From positions 62,001 through 126,000 of the forward strand of contig NOWV01000199.1 of the NCBI GenBank assembly GCA_003344405.1: a stretch of 64,000 nucleotides of DNA, in the 5' to 3' direction. This document shows, in pieces, positions 26,200-39,228 of this stretch. The DNA is from Trichoplax sp. H2. Taxonomy: Eukaryota. Made by a program: the position numbers and the translations under genes. Position 1 is the stretch's first letter. Each line of letters starts with the position of its first letter. The notes below the pieces were generated by a model. That model made no database searches. It was not told the origin of the DNA and saw only the letters and a program-made list of their open reading frames with translations.

Positions 26200-26640
26200 A
26201 ATACTGTAAGCTAAGCCTTTGATAGTAGTTTCAGTTGCTTTATAGCCATTTACAGGAGCACGAGAATCCGTTGGTTCGGTTCGGCACGGCACGGATCGTG
26301 TAATACACGGTGAAGGAATATACTGTTCCATACAGTCGTGCGCGTAAACGTATCAGACTACACGATGGCGGAAATAATAGACTGGCTATGATCAGTACCA
26401 GTACGCTACAGTGTACAGTGTACAGTATATCGTGTATCTTGTACTGTAACCCATGATTATTTACTGTACAGTACAGTACACCGTCTAGGAGGTGTCGAGA
26501 TGTCTGGCTGACCGGCAGTCTGTAGCGTGGAGTACAGTACAGCTCCGTATCGTACTGCACTGGTATTACAGCAGTGTTGACGTCATTCATCCGATGGTTG
26601 AAATTCGATTTCGCTCATTTTCTACTCAACTGGAGAACAA
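26200..26640. promoter_or_regulatory. Bidirectional promoter island between SRRM2 and the PIS-like gene
   Basis: The divergent ATGs are ~590 bp apart. The region is GC/CpG enriched, with TACAGTGTACAGTGTACAGTA at 26407-26427, (CAGTA)n near 26465-26480, and a full CRE palindrome TGACGTCA at 26578-26585. Confidence 0.7.
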
Positions 26641-26642
26641 CC

Positions 26643-28678
26643 ATGACGAAAATCCTCTTCTACGTTCCTAATTTAATCGGTAAGGGATCAATGTTTATAC
26701 TATTCCTTTCGTTGTATACGGTGATGGATATGACAAGATTGTGTAGCAAAATTGATTGTTAGAATACAGCTCAATTTGTGCATTGAGCTCTCATCTTATC
26801 CTGGCTTTGCCAGCCAAAATAGTCCAGAAAAACAATCAAAACACCAACATAATTTGCCTGGAAAATATCTTCTCTATACGTCATGATTGCGTCAAGAGCT
26901 AGAAATAGTTTTGAATGATCCATGCCATACAACATGTATAACTATTGACTAACAATGTCATCATCACTTTCATTAGGCTATGCTAGACTGCTACTCCTGG
27001 CAATCAGTTGCGTTTATTTTGATGACACTATCCCTTTTCTCTATTTGTATAGTATATCCATTATATTGGATGGTAAGTCAAGCTTACAACAATTATCTTG
27101 TAATAGATATGTAATAATATATCAGTGGGATACATCTTTAAAAGTAACGCTGTTATAGTAACTAATCGTACTTACAAATACTGGAGATTATTTCTCTAGA
27201 CTTGCATGGATAGGACTTCAACTTGAAGTGTTCTAAACCTATTTCTGTATACGTGAAATATGATAGGCTTTGACGGCTATTTTGCTAGAAAATTAAATCA
27301 AATCTCCGCTTTTGGAGCATGGGTAAGAATTGAACTATTCCATTAAAATACGAGATATATTGTCGATGCTTTTGCTGAATTGACTCATTCATCATACACC
27401 TAATCTCTTTCAGCTCGATGTTGTCATTGACAACTTGGGGCGTACGATGCTATGGTGTTTCCTACACCTAAAGGTAGTGATGACTACATTCTCGTTGAAA
27501 ATCACGAAGCTTGATGCGTAGTTTGCCTACAGTCATAATAGTACTATGTAAACTCTAATGAAAGTAAGCCATCACTGATATTCATGTAAAAATGGTAGAA
27601 ACACAAATTATCACAAACTTGATCTTGGATGGTATCTAATCAACTTTACTCTCATAAAGTCACGGAATTATTTGATAACTTTTACTTAAATTTTCATCTG
27701 CGTAGTTATAATCAAATGTATACTTGATTCCATCGTAAACCGAATTAAACGTCGACTTTCTCTCCTGTTGTAAACATTCAGATCGGCTTTGTATTTATTT
27801 CCATCGAATGGTTAGCATTTGTTTGCCTGCATACGGCCGGCCCTCTATGGAAAACATCATTCTCTAACGCGCCCTTTTGGGTTGCTGCGGTCATGGCTAA
27901 AGGTGAGACGTAGCTCCAAAGTATCATGTTAATTATACACAATGTATCATTATAGTGATATGCGGTACCCTGGTCTTATCCTAATCAAACTTGTACCACA
28001 AAGCTGATCCTAAGCTAATTTACAATGTCAACTACTCATCAATAAAATACGATGATGTTGTTCTGAATACGTTGTAACACTACGAGATTCGTAGCTATTA
28101 ATGGCTAGACTAGTTGTTAATGCTATGATTAACATAACAATTGACATAAATATTCTGGAAATTTTAAGAAATTTTTGCATAATTTATAGGCTTCAAAACC
28201 CTACCTGGAATCTTAGCAATAGCAGGATTAAATGTCTTGCCTTTGTGGTTATACAAATTCCAATACAACATAAAATTACCTTTCAATGATATATTAGACA
28301 CAGTCATATTCCCTAGCTTAGTAATTGGGAGACTACTTTGTATGGCTGTTGAGGTAACACAGACTACTTTAATTTTATAGATTTAAGTAAATTATACTAA
28401 AGAATGATATATAGAAAATGTCATCTACTTTATAATTCTTGGTTATTCCTCTGCGTTTGCTAGAATTGTGCATCATTTAAAAGACTGTTAACATAGTTAG
28501 CCTATTAATAATATTATCACGTTATTCATTACACCCCTATGGCGTCATAAATTAATGTCTATTAATATCTATAACGTATTTCATACTGACTTTTTTTATT
28601 TTCACGCTACAGTTATGGTGTATTCAGGCTCATATTGGTCATATGATAAAGACGGAAGAAGATGCAAAGAAAAAGTAA
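26643..28678 (+). CDS. CDP-alcohol phosphatidyltransferase family protein, phosphatidylinositol synthase-like (~199 aa, 7 exons)
   Basis: Exons 26643-26679, 26977-27072, 27267-27322, 27414-27473, 27782-27902, 28190-28353, 28613-28678. PIS-type start (ILFYVPNLIGYAR) and complete motif DGFDGYFARKLNQISAFGAWLDVVID. Total 600 nt, in frame. Confidence 0.9.
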
Positions 28679-29646
28679 AGCCACTGATTAATTCAATATC
28701 TTTGCAAGATGTGACGAAATGGAGTCCTTTAAAAATATACGCTATCATAGTTGTAGCTATATCAGTAACTACAAAATGTCTTCATTCCAACTTTATCTGA
28801 AATATTATGGGCTAGCCTTATAAGAAGCCTATAATCCTATTTAATAGAATCTAAAAAATAATAAAATGGCTAATGCTAATTGTTTATCTCTTTCTTTGCT
28901 GCAAAATCGATTATATATTTCAATTGATTATATTTTATCCTACTTCCAATATGTAGCGTTATGAATACATCACTGATTTGTACATGTACGCGTGTTTTAT
29001 AAGCTATGAATCCAAATGTAGGATATCGTTATGAAGTACCGTAAATTATTAGTTATTTTATTGTCGAATTAAGAAAAATTAGATATATCTGGAATTAGTT
29101 ATGCAGGTCAATATTGCGGATAGATCTGATAATTATAATAAGACATGCGATAGATGTATACGATTGGTAGTAATTTTCGTTTTAAGTTCCTTCACGAAGA
29201 ATGGAGAGCTTGATTGATTACTTCGATTTTTTTACAATATTAAATTTTTTCTTGTAACAATACATGTTTTAAGATTATAAATCAACTAGAGTTAAGCCTT
29301 GAAGATATGTGAAAACTTGTTTGATATTACAAGATAACACTCGAAAATTACTATTGTTTAGCGAATACCGATTAATCTTCTATTAATTGAGATAAATATT
29401 GAACGATTGCAAATTTACTAATGTCAGAAATCCTATTCTGATTTCTATATTAGCACAGCGTAGAATTTATGTATGTGTACGTGTATACAGTACATTTAGT
29501 ACAAATAAATTAATGCGTTAACAGGCGTGTTATAAAATTTATAAAACATAAAGAATACTACTGAGATAAATTAACATATGTAGTTATGCAACAATTATTT
29601 TGAAACTATAGAGATATTTGCCCGCTCTGTATTCATTATCCGGTTG

Positions 29647-31840
29647 TTAAAATATTTGATCAAAGTCAATTTGCGAGATTTGAGCTTGTTTCATTTTAGA
29701 GTAAAAGCGTTTTGAAATATTAGGGCCCTTCATCCTAGTCAAGGATATTTCACAGCATTCTTGCTAAACATCGAATCGATTAGTAAGTAATAAATATTTG
29801 ACAAGGCTAAAATAAGCAATTATAAATTATTGACATATAGGATCAAATCATGCTACTGATAGTAAATTGGTTTAAGTTAGTTTTACCTCACAATTAAATA
29901 CCACCATTCGCATTATAATGAGGAAACTTAGGATTACTATGTCCAGAACATCGTGGAGGTTCTTGCCGAAAGTAAATTCTGTCTGTCTAATATTATAATT
30001 GTAGATTAAGTAAAATACTAGTGAAGCTTTTATCAGACTTCCAAAGGCTACCCAAGATTCTACATGAAATAGAACAAGGCCCATCGCACTTTAGTATTGA
30101 TATAAGCACATTCTATTGCAAATCAGACCAACTTAAGATGTAGGTCTACAATAGTAATTACTATAAAGGTGTAATAAAACGATACTCTTTCTAATTAAAT
30201 TTCCTGCTGAAAATAGAATTGAAGAATGGATTCATATATTCTAGACTTCCTATTGTATTTCTCGATTAAAGATAATGTAACCGGCAAGATACTTACGGTC
30301 TTTGAGGAAGTCTTTAAGTTCATTTGATGCTACACACTTCCAAGTGTGTATTTCTTCTCTTGATCCATATCCCCAGTTATAACGCATCGACTCTATGATT
30401 TTGATAGAAAAGAAGCAATCGACTGTTGCGACCATAACAGCAATCTTCATTACATATTTCATATCCGACATCATAGAAATATCATAGGAAAAAAATTTCG
30501 ATTATAATTTTATTCTTGATTACTAATATAGCATCATGACCTCATTGATGCGGTTAAAACCACGGAGAATATAATAGCTAATAAGTTTACGCAAATTCTT
30601 TGCTGTATGGCATTTAGGATAATTGTACTTAGTTATCTATCATCTGTCACACGAATTAAAAGCATTTTTATGTAAAATTTGTTCATAGATATTTATTTCC
30701 TTAAGGAAATAACTATTTTAGTAATAGATTTCGCATGATTCAAATCTTTATACATACGTCATTATACGAACAGTTTTACGACATAGCTAAAGGTTATCAT
30801 CGCTAGTAATAGGCAAATATTATTTACAGAGAGTATTTACAAGCTGCTTATTGTTAAAATATTTCATCAATTTACCAAGTAGTCCAATTATTATGTAAAA
30901 ATATGCAAAACTTAGTTAATAACAGTCAGTTAAAATTATTTTTATTGGTGAGATTAGTGAAATATCAGTTGGCTACTGGAGAGGGAACTTAGCGAAATGA
31001 CTTACCATTGGATGAATTTTACACCACATAATTCCATGATGCAAAGATTCGAGATAGATGCCCATCTAATAATCATAAGTACATTTACAATAAGTTACAA
31101 TAAGCTGAAGAGCTACTGATAAGTGTTGACATTAAAATCTCGTCAAGATTTCTTATCACTTTTAATTAATTTAACTGATCAAAGACTGTATATGGAGAAA
31201 TGTAGATAAAAAACAAAATAGCGGCAGCTAACCTCAACCTGGCCTTTCATAATGTGCTTCCTCGATCGATTTAAAGTCACGTTCACTAAGAAAAAGAATC
31301 ATTAAAAATCCATCAGAATTTTAATGGTCAAATTCTGTTGATATTTCATTTCATTCTAGACGATAATGAAATAATATAGATTAGATCAGATTCTAGAATT
31401 ATATTACAAACTTAAAAATTGGCGTCATAATAGATTGCACGTATTAGACTTATTTTATTTCAATCCGATAGAAGCACTAGCTAATAATTGCTAGTAGAAT
31501 AAAATATAAACTATTACTATGACTGATTGTAGATCTCAAATTAAGCCATGAGAAAAACTGTTATAGCCAATTTTGACACGAGTGACAAATTAGATTGAAT
31601 AGATAGAAAACTTGTAACTTACATCGATGTAGAAATGCCACTAGAAAGATGATTAGATTTAGATAGTGACGATCGGGGTAACATATTATTACGTAGGAAT
31701 TAGCCGCTAGCAAGATTATTCCAACGGAAATCATGATAGTCCAGATCAAAGCTAAACACCGTCGTAAAGGGAAATGGATTTTCGGCTTTATCCGTTTATG
31801 ATCAATAAGGAGAATAGTTACCCCATCAAGTTTAAACTAG
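29647..31840 (-). CDS. Possible small multi-exon membrane protein (unassigned; start codon not located)
   Basis: A chain of short segments can be joined in phase via GT-AG sites: IWTIMISVGIILLAANSYVII..., MGIYLESLHHGIMWCKIHPM, SMRYNWGYGSREEIHTWKC, SWVAFGSLIKASLVFYLIY...VLDIVILSFLIIMRMVVF, QECCEIS...DQIF*. No family recognised, and several acceptors are ambiguous. Confidence 0.3.
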
Positions 31841-34800
31841 TTATATCAAAATTGAAATGGATTAGCTCTAGAAATTCACCGAATAAGCAATTTCTTGATT
31901 CTAACGGAGAAACTTTTAAATTAATAGAAACTCTCGAAGGTAAAATAAAAAGTAAATTCTAACAGAGACACTTGATTATAAGTTAGTAATTAAAATTAAA
32001 TGCCCTTTCAATTCGCTATGGTAAACAAAAAACTCTTGGCGGACTATTTATCGTGATCGGCTCTCTTATGATTTGGTACTGCCCGCTTGACATCAATGAT
32101 ATAATAATGGACTAGCTGATTAGAATAATCCTGAAGATCTTGAATCAATGCTAGCGTCAATAATTAGCAAACAATTATAATTATATTTAACAATCGAATG
32201 AAGGTTTTATTTATGAATTTCAATGATTTTTATTAGATAACAATGTTCAACACGATGACGACATTAGATATAATTTATTCAAATAAATTGAACTCTAACG
32301 TTTTAGAATTAAAAATAAGAAGAACCCGGTCAAATTTTTTCAATCACTCAATATCAACAAGTCTGAATATAATTCAAGTCCTTTATTTAGGCCAACGTTT
32401 ATAGACTTCACACCATTTTAACGAGTCTAGTGAGATGGAAATCATGGAGCATTGTTGTGATAATGGGAATCAGGAAGAATAAAAAACATTCACTATTCAA
32501 TCTACAGTAGAAATCAATAGGTTAATTTTCTTTCTTCTCATATTGTTAGAAATAAAGCGATAACGTGATAATTCCGCTTAGAATTAATTTAATATTCATT
32601 AAAATGTTGCATCTAACGTCATAAGCGTTCAAGCTATCAGTGCTAAGACAAAGATAATTTGTGTTTGTAGCATTTTAAAGGTCATTAAAAATATTAAATT
32701 ACGATCTCCGCATAATATATCGTTTAGACATTTTTACGCTTCCAATTGTATTTAATTGGATGGCTCTAATGTTTCACACTTTGATGAATGTGAAAGCAAG
32801 AGATTTTTAAATTATTGCCATTATAGCATTGCCATAGAAGTTTACACTTGAAGAGACGTTCATCATTCAAATAAACCATAAATCTTACAGTAACAATCTG
32901 AGTATAGGAGTAGGATCTATTGAACACTAAACCTTAAACCTTAATATTAATTTCTCTCTATATGAGCATGAAGTTGTAACATCATAGAAGGGTGTAAACT
33001 AAAAATTTAATATTTGAAAATGATCTAGATGTATTAGCCAAGACTTGAAAGTTCTATATTGGAAACTCTATTCCAATCATCCAAAAAAAGTATTATCAGA
33101 ATAGTGAAGAAACATTTTTTTACTATAAAACTAAGCGTGTGGATAATAGGTGATAATTAGATGTCAAGCACATGTTTTCTTTACTACTTTACATATCTGG
33201 CAAACGTATAGACTACTATTGCATAATCTTTTTTTAATTTATCCGGTCTTGAGCATACACAGCAGGCTTAATGGCATACTTTGGATATAGTGTTGTACTG
33301 ATATTGAGGTGTCCTAATCTTTAAAATAATGTTATTAATGATACCCAAGATAGAACGAATTACACGATGCAATAAATTCTCTTCAAAATCTGACTACAAA
33401 CGCACCATCGGACTTTAATTAAAGGATTCAATACTGCTCGTAGGATCAATCTAGTACGCTCATTCATAATTTCACCCTCAGGGCTGGAAAAAACCTTCTC
33501 TTATGCTTGCGTGGGCGATTAGATTATTAATAGCACCATTCTAATTTTATTATTGCTAATTAAACTGCTAAGATATTTTCAGTAGTTGAAATAAAGCAAA
33601 GTTAAGAGTAGAATTATTTATAGTTGCTATATTGAAGCCTATAAAATGGCCGTGATACATTATTAATCGTTTTTAATTAACATCATCAAATAAGTTGATT
33701 TAGCTCTTATATAATGTTACGATAGAAATATGAGACAACCTTTTAGTTTTCTTATATCTCATAGTATTACCTACTGTAAAATGATATGTAGTCGTGCTAT
33801 ATAATTTCAGAGTGATTCTATCTTTACTAAGCTTTACACTATGGTTGTAAGTCTAGTATGTCGTATAAGTGTAAGTATACAAAGATCTAATATGTTGATC
33901 TGAAATTGTACGCCATGATTGTTCTATGTTTAATATCTAATCTTCAATTCGAGCTATATGCAACGACACATTCTGTAACATTAAATTTACATCTTAATCC
34001 GTTACACGCCTATAAAAAACCACGAAAACTAATGGTATTAATCTACTTTTATTCATATAGATTATATAGTAGTAAAAACTATCTATTTAATTAAAGGTAA
34101 TACCTTGTATAATTATAGGCTGTATATACGTTGTATTATACAGTACTGGAAAAAGGAATCAAAAATTCTTATTATTGTCAATTCATTATTTCTCCAAAAC
34201 ATCAATCAGTTAACAATCTTAAACATAATAACGCGGAAGTTCCCTATTGGTATGCGGATAATGTTTTACCAGTAATCACACCGTCATAGCAAAACAGTAT
34301 TTAATATACGCAACACTACATAGGATCATAACTACTAAATATCGTAAAAGGCATTTGAAACGATTGTCTCCTTAAATTCATATGCGTTACTTTTGAACAC
34401 CATCTTCATACATTATCGCAATTTTATTCAATATCAATCAGTCATTTATAGAAAGGAAGTTAATAGTCGGTATTTGCAACACCTGCAGTGCAATGCTCTA
34501 CCAAGATCTAGACTTGTGGTTTTGAAGACAGCATAAATATGTTATTGCAAACTGCAGTACCGTACTTTCATCTTTACAGCAAGGGGTACATTACATGTGC
34601 AAACCTAGATATAGAAGTATACATTTGGTTGCTATCAAAGTTATAATACAATTTTCATCTATCAATATAGACGTGGTACTATCCACACAATGAGTCTTAT
34701 TCGCATCCGAATAAATTGGGCTACCAAATACTAAACAGTTTGTATTCTAGCGGTTAAGTATAAGAATAAAATAGGTTATATTCATCCATCGTGTCTAGAT

Positions 34801-36332
34801 ACACTCTGTATTCATCACGTACTTCTAAATGTGATTAATAACTGGAAATGGTAAGTAGGCACACCATCTCCAGCTATTAACCATGCTTGTGAATTGTGAT
34901 AAAATGGGATACGTAAGAATGGATCATTAGCGTACTTTGCTAGCGATCATAGCTGTAAAATCAAAAGACACATCGTTTCATGCTACTTTGCCATAGCGGA
35001 AATTACCATTTCTAACAGGTCTATCAAATGGTAATACTATCTGTTAAATGAGCACATTATCGTAAACCGTCAGCAAAGCGACGGGAGTTTGCACTAGTAT
35101 ATTATGGTACACTTCATTAGTTATTTACTAATGATTTTGAATCATGAGCAAACTAGAGTGATTGATATCTGTAAACTATAGTGCTCTAATATAGAACAGG
35201 ATGAAAATTTACTGGGGACAGATCCGTAGATTTATAACATTTGAATATTTCAATATAGAAGTATTAGGTAAACGATTCATCCATTTATATTAATTCCAAT
35301 TGTTCCTTTATGACTAACAACGAGTATGCTTCCAAAGAATAAAATTACAGATAGAGTAATTGATAATTAGGCTAGTAGCATCAGCAAGTGTGCAAAGAAC
35401 ATACTTCATCACCTAGAATGGAATCTAAATATAGGAACGATTTAATATGTTAGTAAAGCATTGTATGCCTCTGTTGGTATGACTGTAACATTTAAGTTAA
35501 TAAGTTTACACAAATGGTATGATAGTTGCTGCTAATAGCCAGCATCATTCTTACCGCTCGTTCAAAAAGAAGATATATCATACAATTCTATTCATATGAC
35601 CATTCGTTTATTATGGTTATATATCCCAAACATAGACACATTATGGATATTATGATGTGACTGATCCATGAACTTAGCCGAGAAAAACATGCTAATATCA
35701 CTTGATTATCCGTACAATTTATACTGTACACTGGATTAGTTAGTATCTTCTAACAATGAGTGAAAGGCTGTCATTCCTAAAGTCTCCACTTTGGAAATGA
35801 TTTGATGTATTAAGTTTCCAATTGGGATGTTTCCTTGGACCAGTTTATCAATCCATGAAGTTAATCGCTGTACCATCTTCGATTCTGTGTACACTTATAG
35901 TACAATAAGCGTTTAAATAAATCATTGGTAGTTGATGATACTCGTGTGTGTGATTTAATTAGCGATGCATTTGCTAATGAATAGCTCATGAGTTAAGAAA
36001 CGCATTATCATCAAGATCATAACACACATTGTAAATGAAATGTAAGAGTTTTATATCTATATATATAAACGCATATATATGGGTGAGAGTTATCACTGGA
36101 GTATATTACTCGTATATAGAAATTATTCCGAGGGTGATTGTAGCTGTATTTGCCTTCTATGTAACTATGAGATAATTGAAACTCATGGAAAATAGAACTA
36201 GGATTGAATTAATTAATTATCAATACTAAACAATCGTTAGCTATCGTAAATAAAGTTTTCGAAAAGCATCAAGTAATAGAGCACCATTGCTATCCATTCT
36301 ATTTTGTAAACACCCCTGGGATTGCAGTCCTA

Positions 36333-37103
36333 TTACCAAATGTAAGGGATCAATTTCTTGGTATTGGCCAAGTATTGCTGGTACTGTGGATCATTACCCC
36401 ATTTTTTCATACCAATTCTTTCTAGTATGGGTATTCCACTGACTCGAGTTAAAAGAAACGTTACTAACAGTGGCGATAAAAGACTATACCCAAAGTATCG
36501 TCCTTTGACTACTGAAGTACTGGCAATAAACATGCCAGTCCAGTGGAGAATTTCACCCAGATAATTTGGATGTCTACATAAGCGCCATAAGCCAATATTG
36601 ATAAATCGATCCGCATTGACTGGATCAGCTTTAAAAGTGAATTTTTGATAATCGGCCAAGCTCTCGATAATAGTACCAGCTATAGCTAGCGACCAGCCAA
36701 TATAATCTCTTTTAGTCAGAGGTAGATTTTGACGAGTTGCGTTGACCGTCGTCACTGGCATGGTTGTTACCATGACCCAAATATACTGCAGAAACCAATA
36801 GATGAAAAATGTTGAGGGATTATTTCGTACATTATTAAATCGGCGATCTTTACCATCATGTAAAATTCGGGCAAAAAGAAAGAGCCCAAGCCGTGTTGTT
36901 TGAAGGCAAGAGATGACAGTATGGATACGTTGACGAAGATGCATGCTTCCTCCCCATCGTAAAGACTGGATAGCAAGAATAGTGAATGTACCACTACCGA
37001 ATAAATCGTAAAATTTCTCAGTTTGAAGCAAACAGGCCATGACATAACCACCCAATTGGATGGCGGTGTTGAGCATAACACACTTACTTAATACCGACAT
37101 CAT
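36333..37103 (-). CDS. DUF1295 / steroid 5-alpha-reductase-like (isoprenylcysteine methyltransferase clan) membrane protein, intronless
   Basis: Family motifs TEKFYDLFGSGTF, RLGLFLFARI..GKDRRF, ESLADYQKF, GLWRLCRHPNYLGEILHW, SGIPILE, KLIP. First ATG at 37103; the ORF track extends to a TTG at 37139. Confidence 0.9.
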   Translation of the reverse strand: MMSVLSKCVMLNTAIQLGGYVMACLLQTEKFYDLFGSGTFTILAIQSLRWGGSMHLRQRIHTVISCLQTTRLGLFLFARILHDGKDRRFNNVRNNPSTFFIYWFLQYIWVMVTTMPVTTVNATRQNLPLTKRDYIGWSLAIAGTIIESLADYQKFTFKADPVNADRFINIGLWRLCRHPNYLGEILHWTGMFIASTSVVKGRYFGYSLLSPLLVTFLLTRVSGIPILERIGMKKWGNDPQYQQYLANTKKLIPYIW

Positions 37104-37459
37104 TACTAGTGGGAGAAAATTGGCACTTGGAAAGAACAACTAATCGTGTGGAGAGTCCAACGATAATGTAATTTTAGCCTGGATAAGAAGAATTTAGTCC
37201 TCCTGGTCGATGGCGGCGCTTTCAAATTAAAGGAAATTTCTCTTGCAAGCCGTTAACCTTCCTGAAAGAAGGATCAAGTGACCTCGTAGTCTAGTCGTGC
37301 ATGAATGAGGTTGATGTACGTCACGCCTCATCAGAGTGGTCAACAACCACTCACCGGTCACCCACCACTGGAGTGTTGTGCGTCGAGGTCACGTGTTGCT
37401 CGACAGTACAATATGGATGGATTGGCAAAATGATGTTTTTCAACATCCATGTCAAAAAA

Positions 37460-37775
37460 TGATTTGGCAAATTGTATGGCAAAATCGCGACAATAACTGT
37501 AAGCCATCGTATAGAAGTAAGAGGTCTTACTTCTATAATATGGTCGTGTAGAGAGTATAAAATAAATTGCGCTAATTGTATGGCAAAATCGGAACAAAAA
37601 CTGTAAGCTATCGTCTAGAAGATAGAAGTAAGAGGTCTTACTTCTTCTTGTACAGTATGGTCCTGTAGAGAGTATGGAGTAAATTGTGCAAATTGTACAG
37701 TGTATAGTAAAATCGGAACAAAACTGTAAGCCATCGTATAGAAGATAGAAGTAAGAGGTTTTACTTCTACTGTAT
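37460..37775. repeat. Tandem repeat, ~110-125 bp x3
   Basis: 'aactgtaagc(c/t)atcgt(a/c)tagaag(atagaag)taagaggt(c/t)ttacttct' at ~37495, 37599 and 37722. Confidence 0.85.
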
Positions 37776-37779
37776 GGTA

Positions 37780-38400
37780 CAGCACGTCCATTAGTGGATG
37801 CACTCACTGCTACCCCCGTAGTCCCTGTTCCCCTCACCATAGTTTGATTTCATAAAGATTAATCATTTTTTTTTCACGGTCGGCCATGTCCTTCCTTCCT
37901 TCCCTAACCTCTCTGTCAAAGTCGCAGTACTACTTAGAGTACCCACATACACTCTGGTCTAGGCCATACAAGAGTTGAATTTTTTTTTGACGGCCGATCA
38001 TATCCTTCCTTCCGTAACCTCCGTGTCCAACTTCAGTAGCAGTGCAGTACAGTACAGTACAGTACAGTACAGTAGTTAGCGTCTCTACAGTCTACAGTAT
38101 ACAGTACTGTAATTACAGTACTGTACAGTACGTGGCAGCTAAGTACGGTCCGGTCCGGTCCGGTCCGGACTTCTTCTAGTACTCACTTCTGGAGGATTTC
38201 CCCTTCGAGGGATGCAACCGCCCTTATACGAAACTGCGGTTTTCCCACGCTGTATAGAGTCTGTATGAACATTTCTGAAAGTATGGACACTTATACAGTG
38301 CAGCACATCGACCTGCAGACGGTCTCGTCTGTTTACAGTCCTGTACTATGCTTACTGCTGCCATTAACGCTGCAGACTTGAATCGAGCTCTGCTGATGTA
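37780..38400. promoter_or_regulatory. Bidirectional promoter island with (CAGTA)n and (CGGTC)n microsatellites
   Basis: (CAGTA)6 at ~38045-38074, further TACAGT words to 38350, and (CGGTC)4 at ~38146-38166. GC-enriched and located between divergent genes. Confidence 0.65.
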
Positions 38401-38403
38401 GCC

Positions 38404-39228
38404 ATGGTTTCCATCGTCGCTGTCTTGGTATCTACTTTCCTATCGGAGAAAAGCAAAGAGGAATATTCTCCATATCATCTTCATCTACCACCCAGGATCC
38501 ACATTACCTTGGATGAAGAAGAAACACGAAATAAACGAATACTAATCATTGGCGATGTGCACGGCTGCTTGCAGGAATTGAAGCAATTGCTCACCCTTGC
38601 TGGAGCCTATCAACCCAATACTTGTATCGTCTTTACTGGCGATTTAATTAATAAAGGTCCTGATAATGTTCAAGTTGTACGATTTGTAAGGCAATTAGGA
38701 GCGTACTGTGTCAGAGGAAATCACGATGAATATTCCTTATTGCAATATGAGAGAGGTTTCTATACAAATAGAAATCCCTATTTCGATTGGATGGAACAAT
38801 TATCGGAAGATGATTTACAATTCTTATATAATTTACCGTATACAATAAGCATTCCTTCTATTAATGGCTTAATTGTCCATGCTGGACTTGTTCCTAATGT
38901 AAAATTACATCAACAAAGGCTAGCAGATTTACTAGAATTAAGAAACGTCAATCAAGATGAAACCAATAGCAATCACTATGTTGGTAGCTCAAAAATTGAT
39001 CGAGGACAACCTTGGGCGCAGACTTGGCCTGGCCCACTTCATATTTATTTCGGCCATGATGCACGTCGAGGTTTACAGTTATACCCATTTGCAACTGGAC
39101 TAGATACTGGTTGCTGTTATGGTGGTAGCATAACTGCAGTAGTCGTTAATCCTGATCTCACTCGGCAATTTTATAATATCAAAGCCAAACAAGTATACCG
39201 CCAACCAAAGGCTCCCTTACCCTCCTAA
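38404..39228 (+). CDS. ApaH-like (ALPH/Ppn2-type) PPP-family metallophosphoesterase, intronless
   Basis: Motifs GDVHG, GDLINKG, RGNHD, HAG, FGH and GLDTGC. Short hydrophobic N-terminus MVSIVAVLVSTFLS. Confidence 0.9.
   Translation: MVSIVAVLVSTFLSEKSKEEYSPYHLHLPPRIHITLDEEETRNKRILIIGDVHGCLQELKQLLTLAGAYQPNTCIVFTGDLINKGPDNVQVVRFVRQLGAYCVRGNHDEYSLLQYERGFYTNRNPYFDWMEQLSEDDLQFLYNLPYTISIPSINGLIVHAGLVPNVKLHQQRLADLLELRNVNQDETNSNHYVGSSKIDRGQPWAQTWPGPLHIYFGHDARRGLQLYPFATGLDTGCCYGGSITAVVVNPDLTRQFYNIKAKQVYRQPKAPLPS

Noticed and set aside
26240..26590. 116-aa minus ORF in the SRRM2/PIS-like spacer, and the 50-aa N-terminal extension of ORF 25794-26201
   Set aside because: Promoter-motif-derived composition. 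CWC21/SRRM2 proteins begin at MYNGIG (26051).
26643..28678. Assigning the symbol CDIPT/PIS1
   Set aside because: The family is clear, but the post-motif sequence departs from canonical PI synthases, so orthology is unproven.
37358..37840. 160-aa minus ORF with repeated RSKTSYFY
   Set aside because: Translation of the ~120-bp non-coding tandem repeat.
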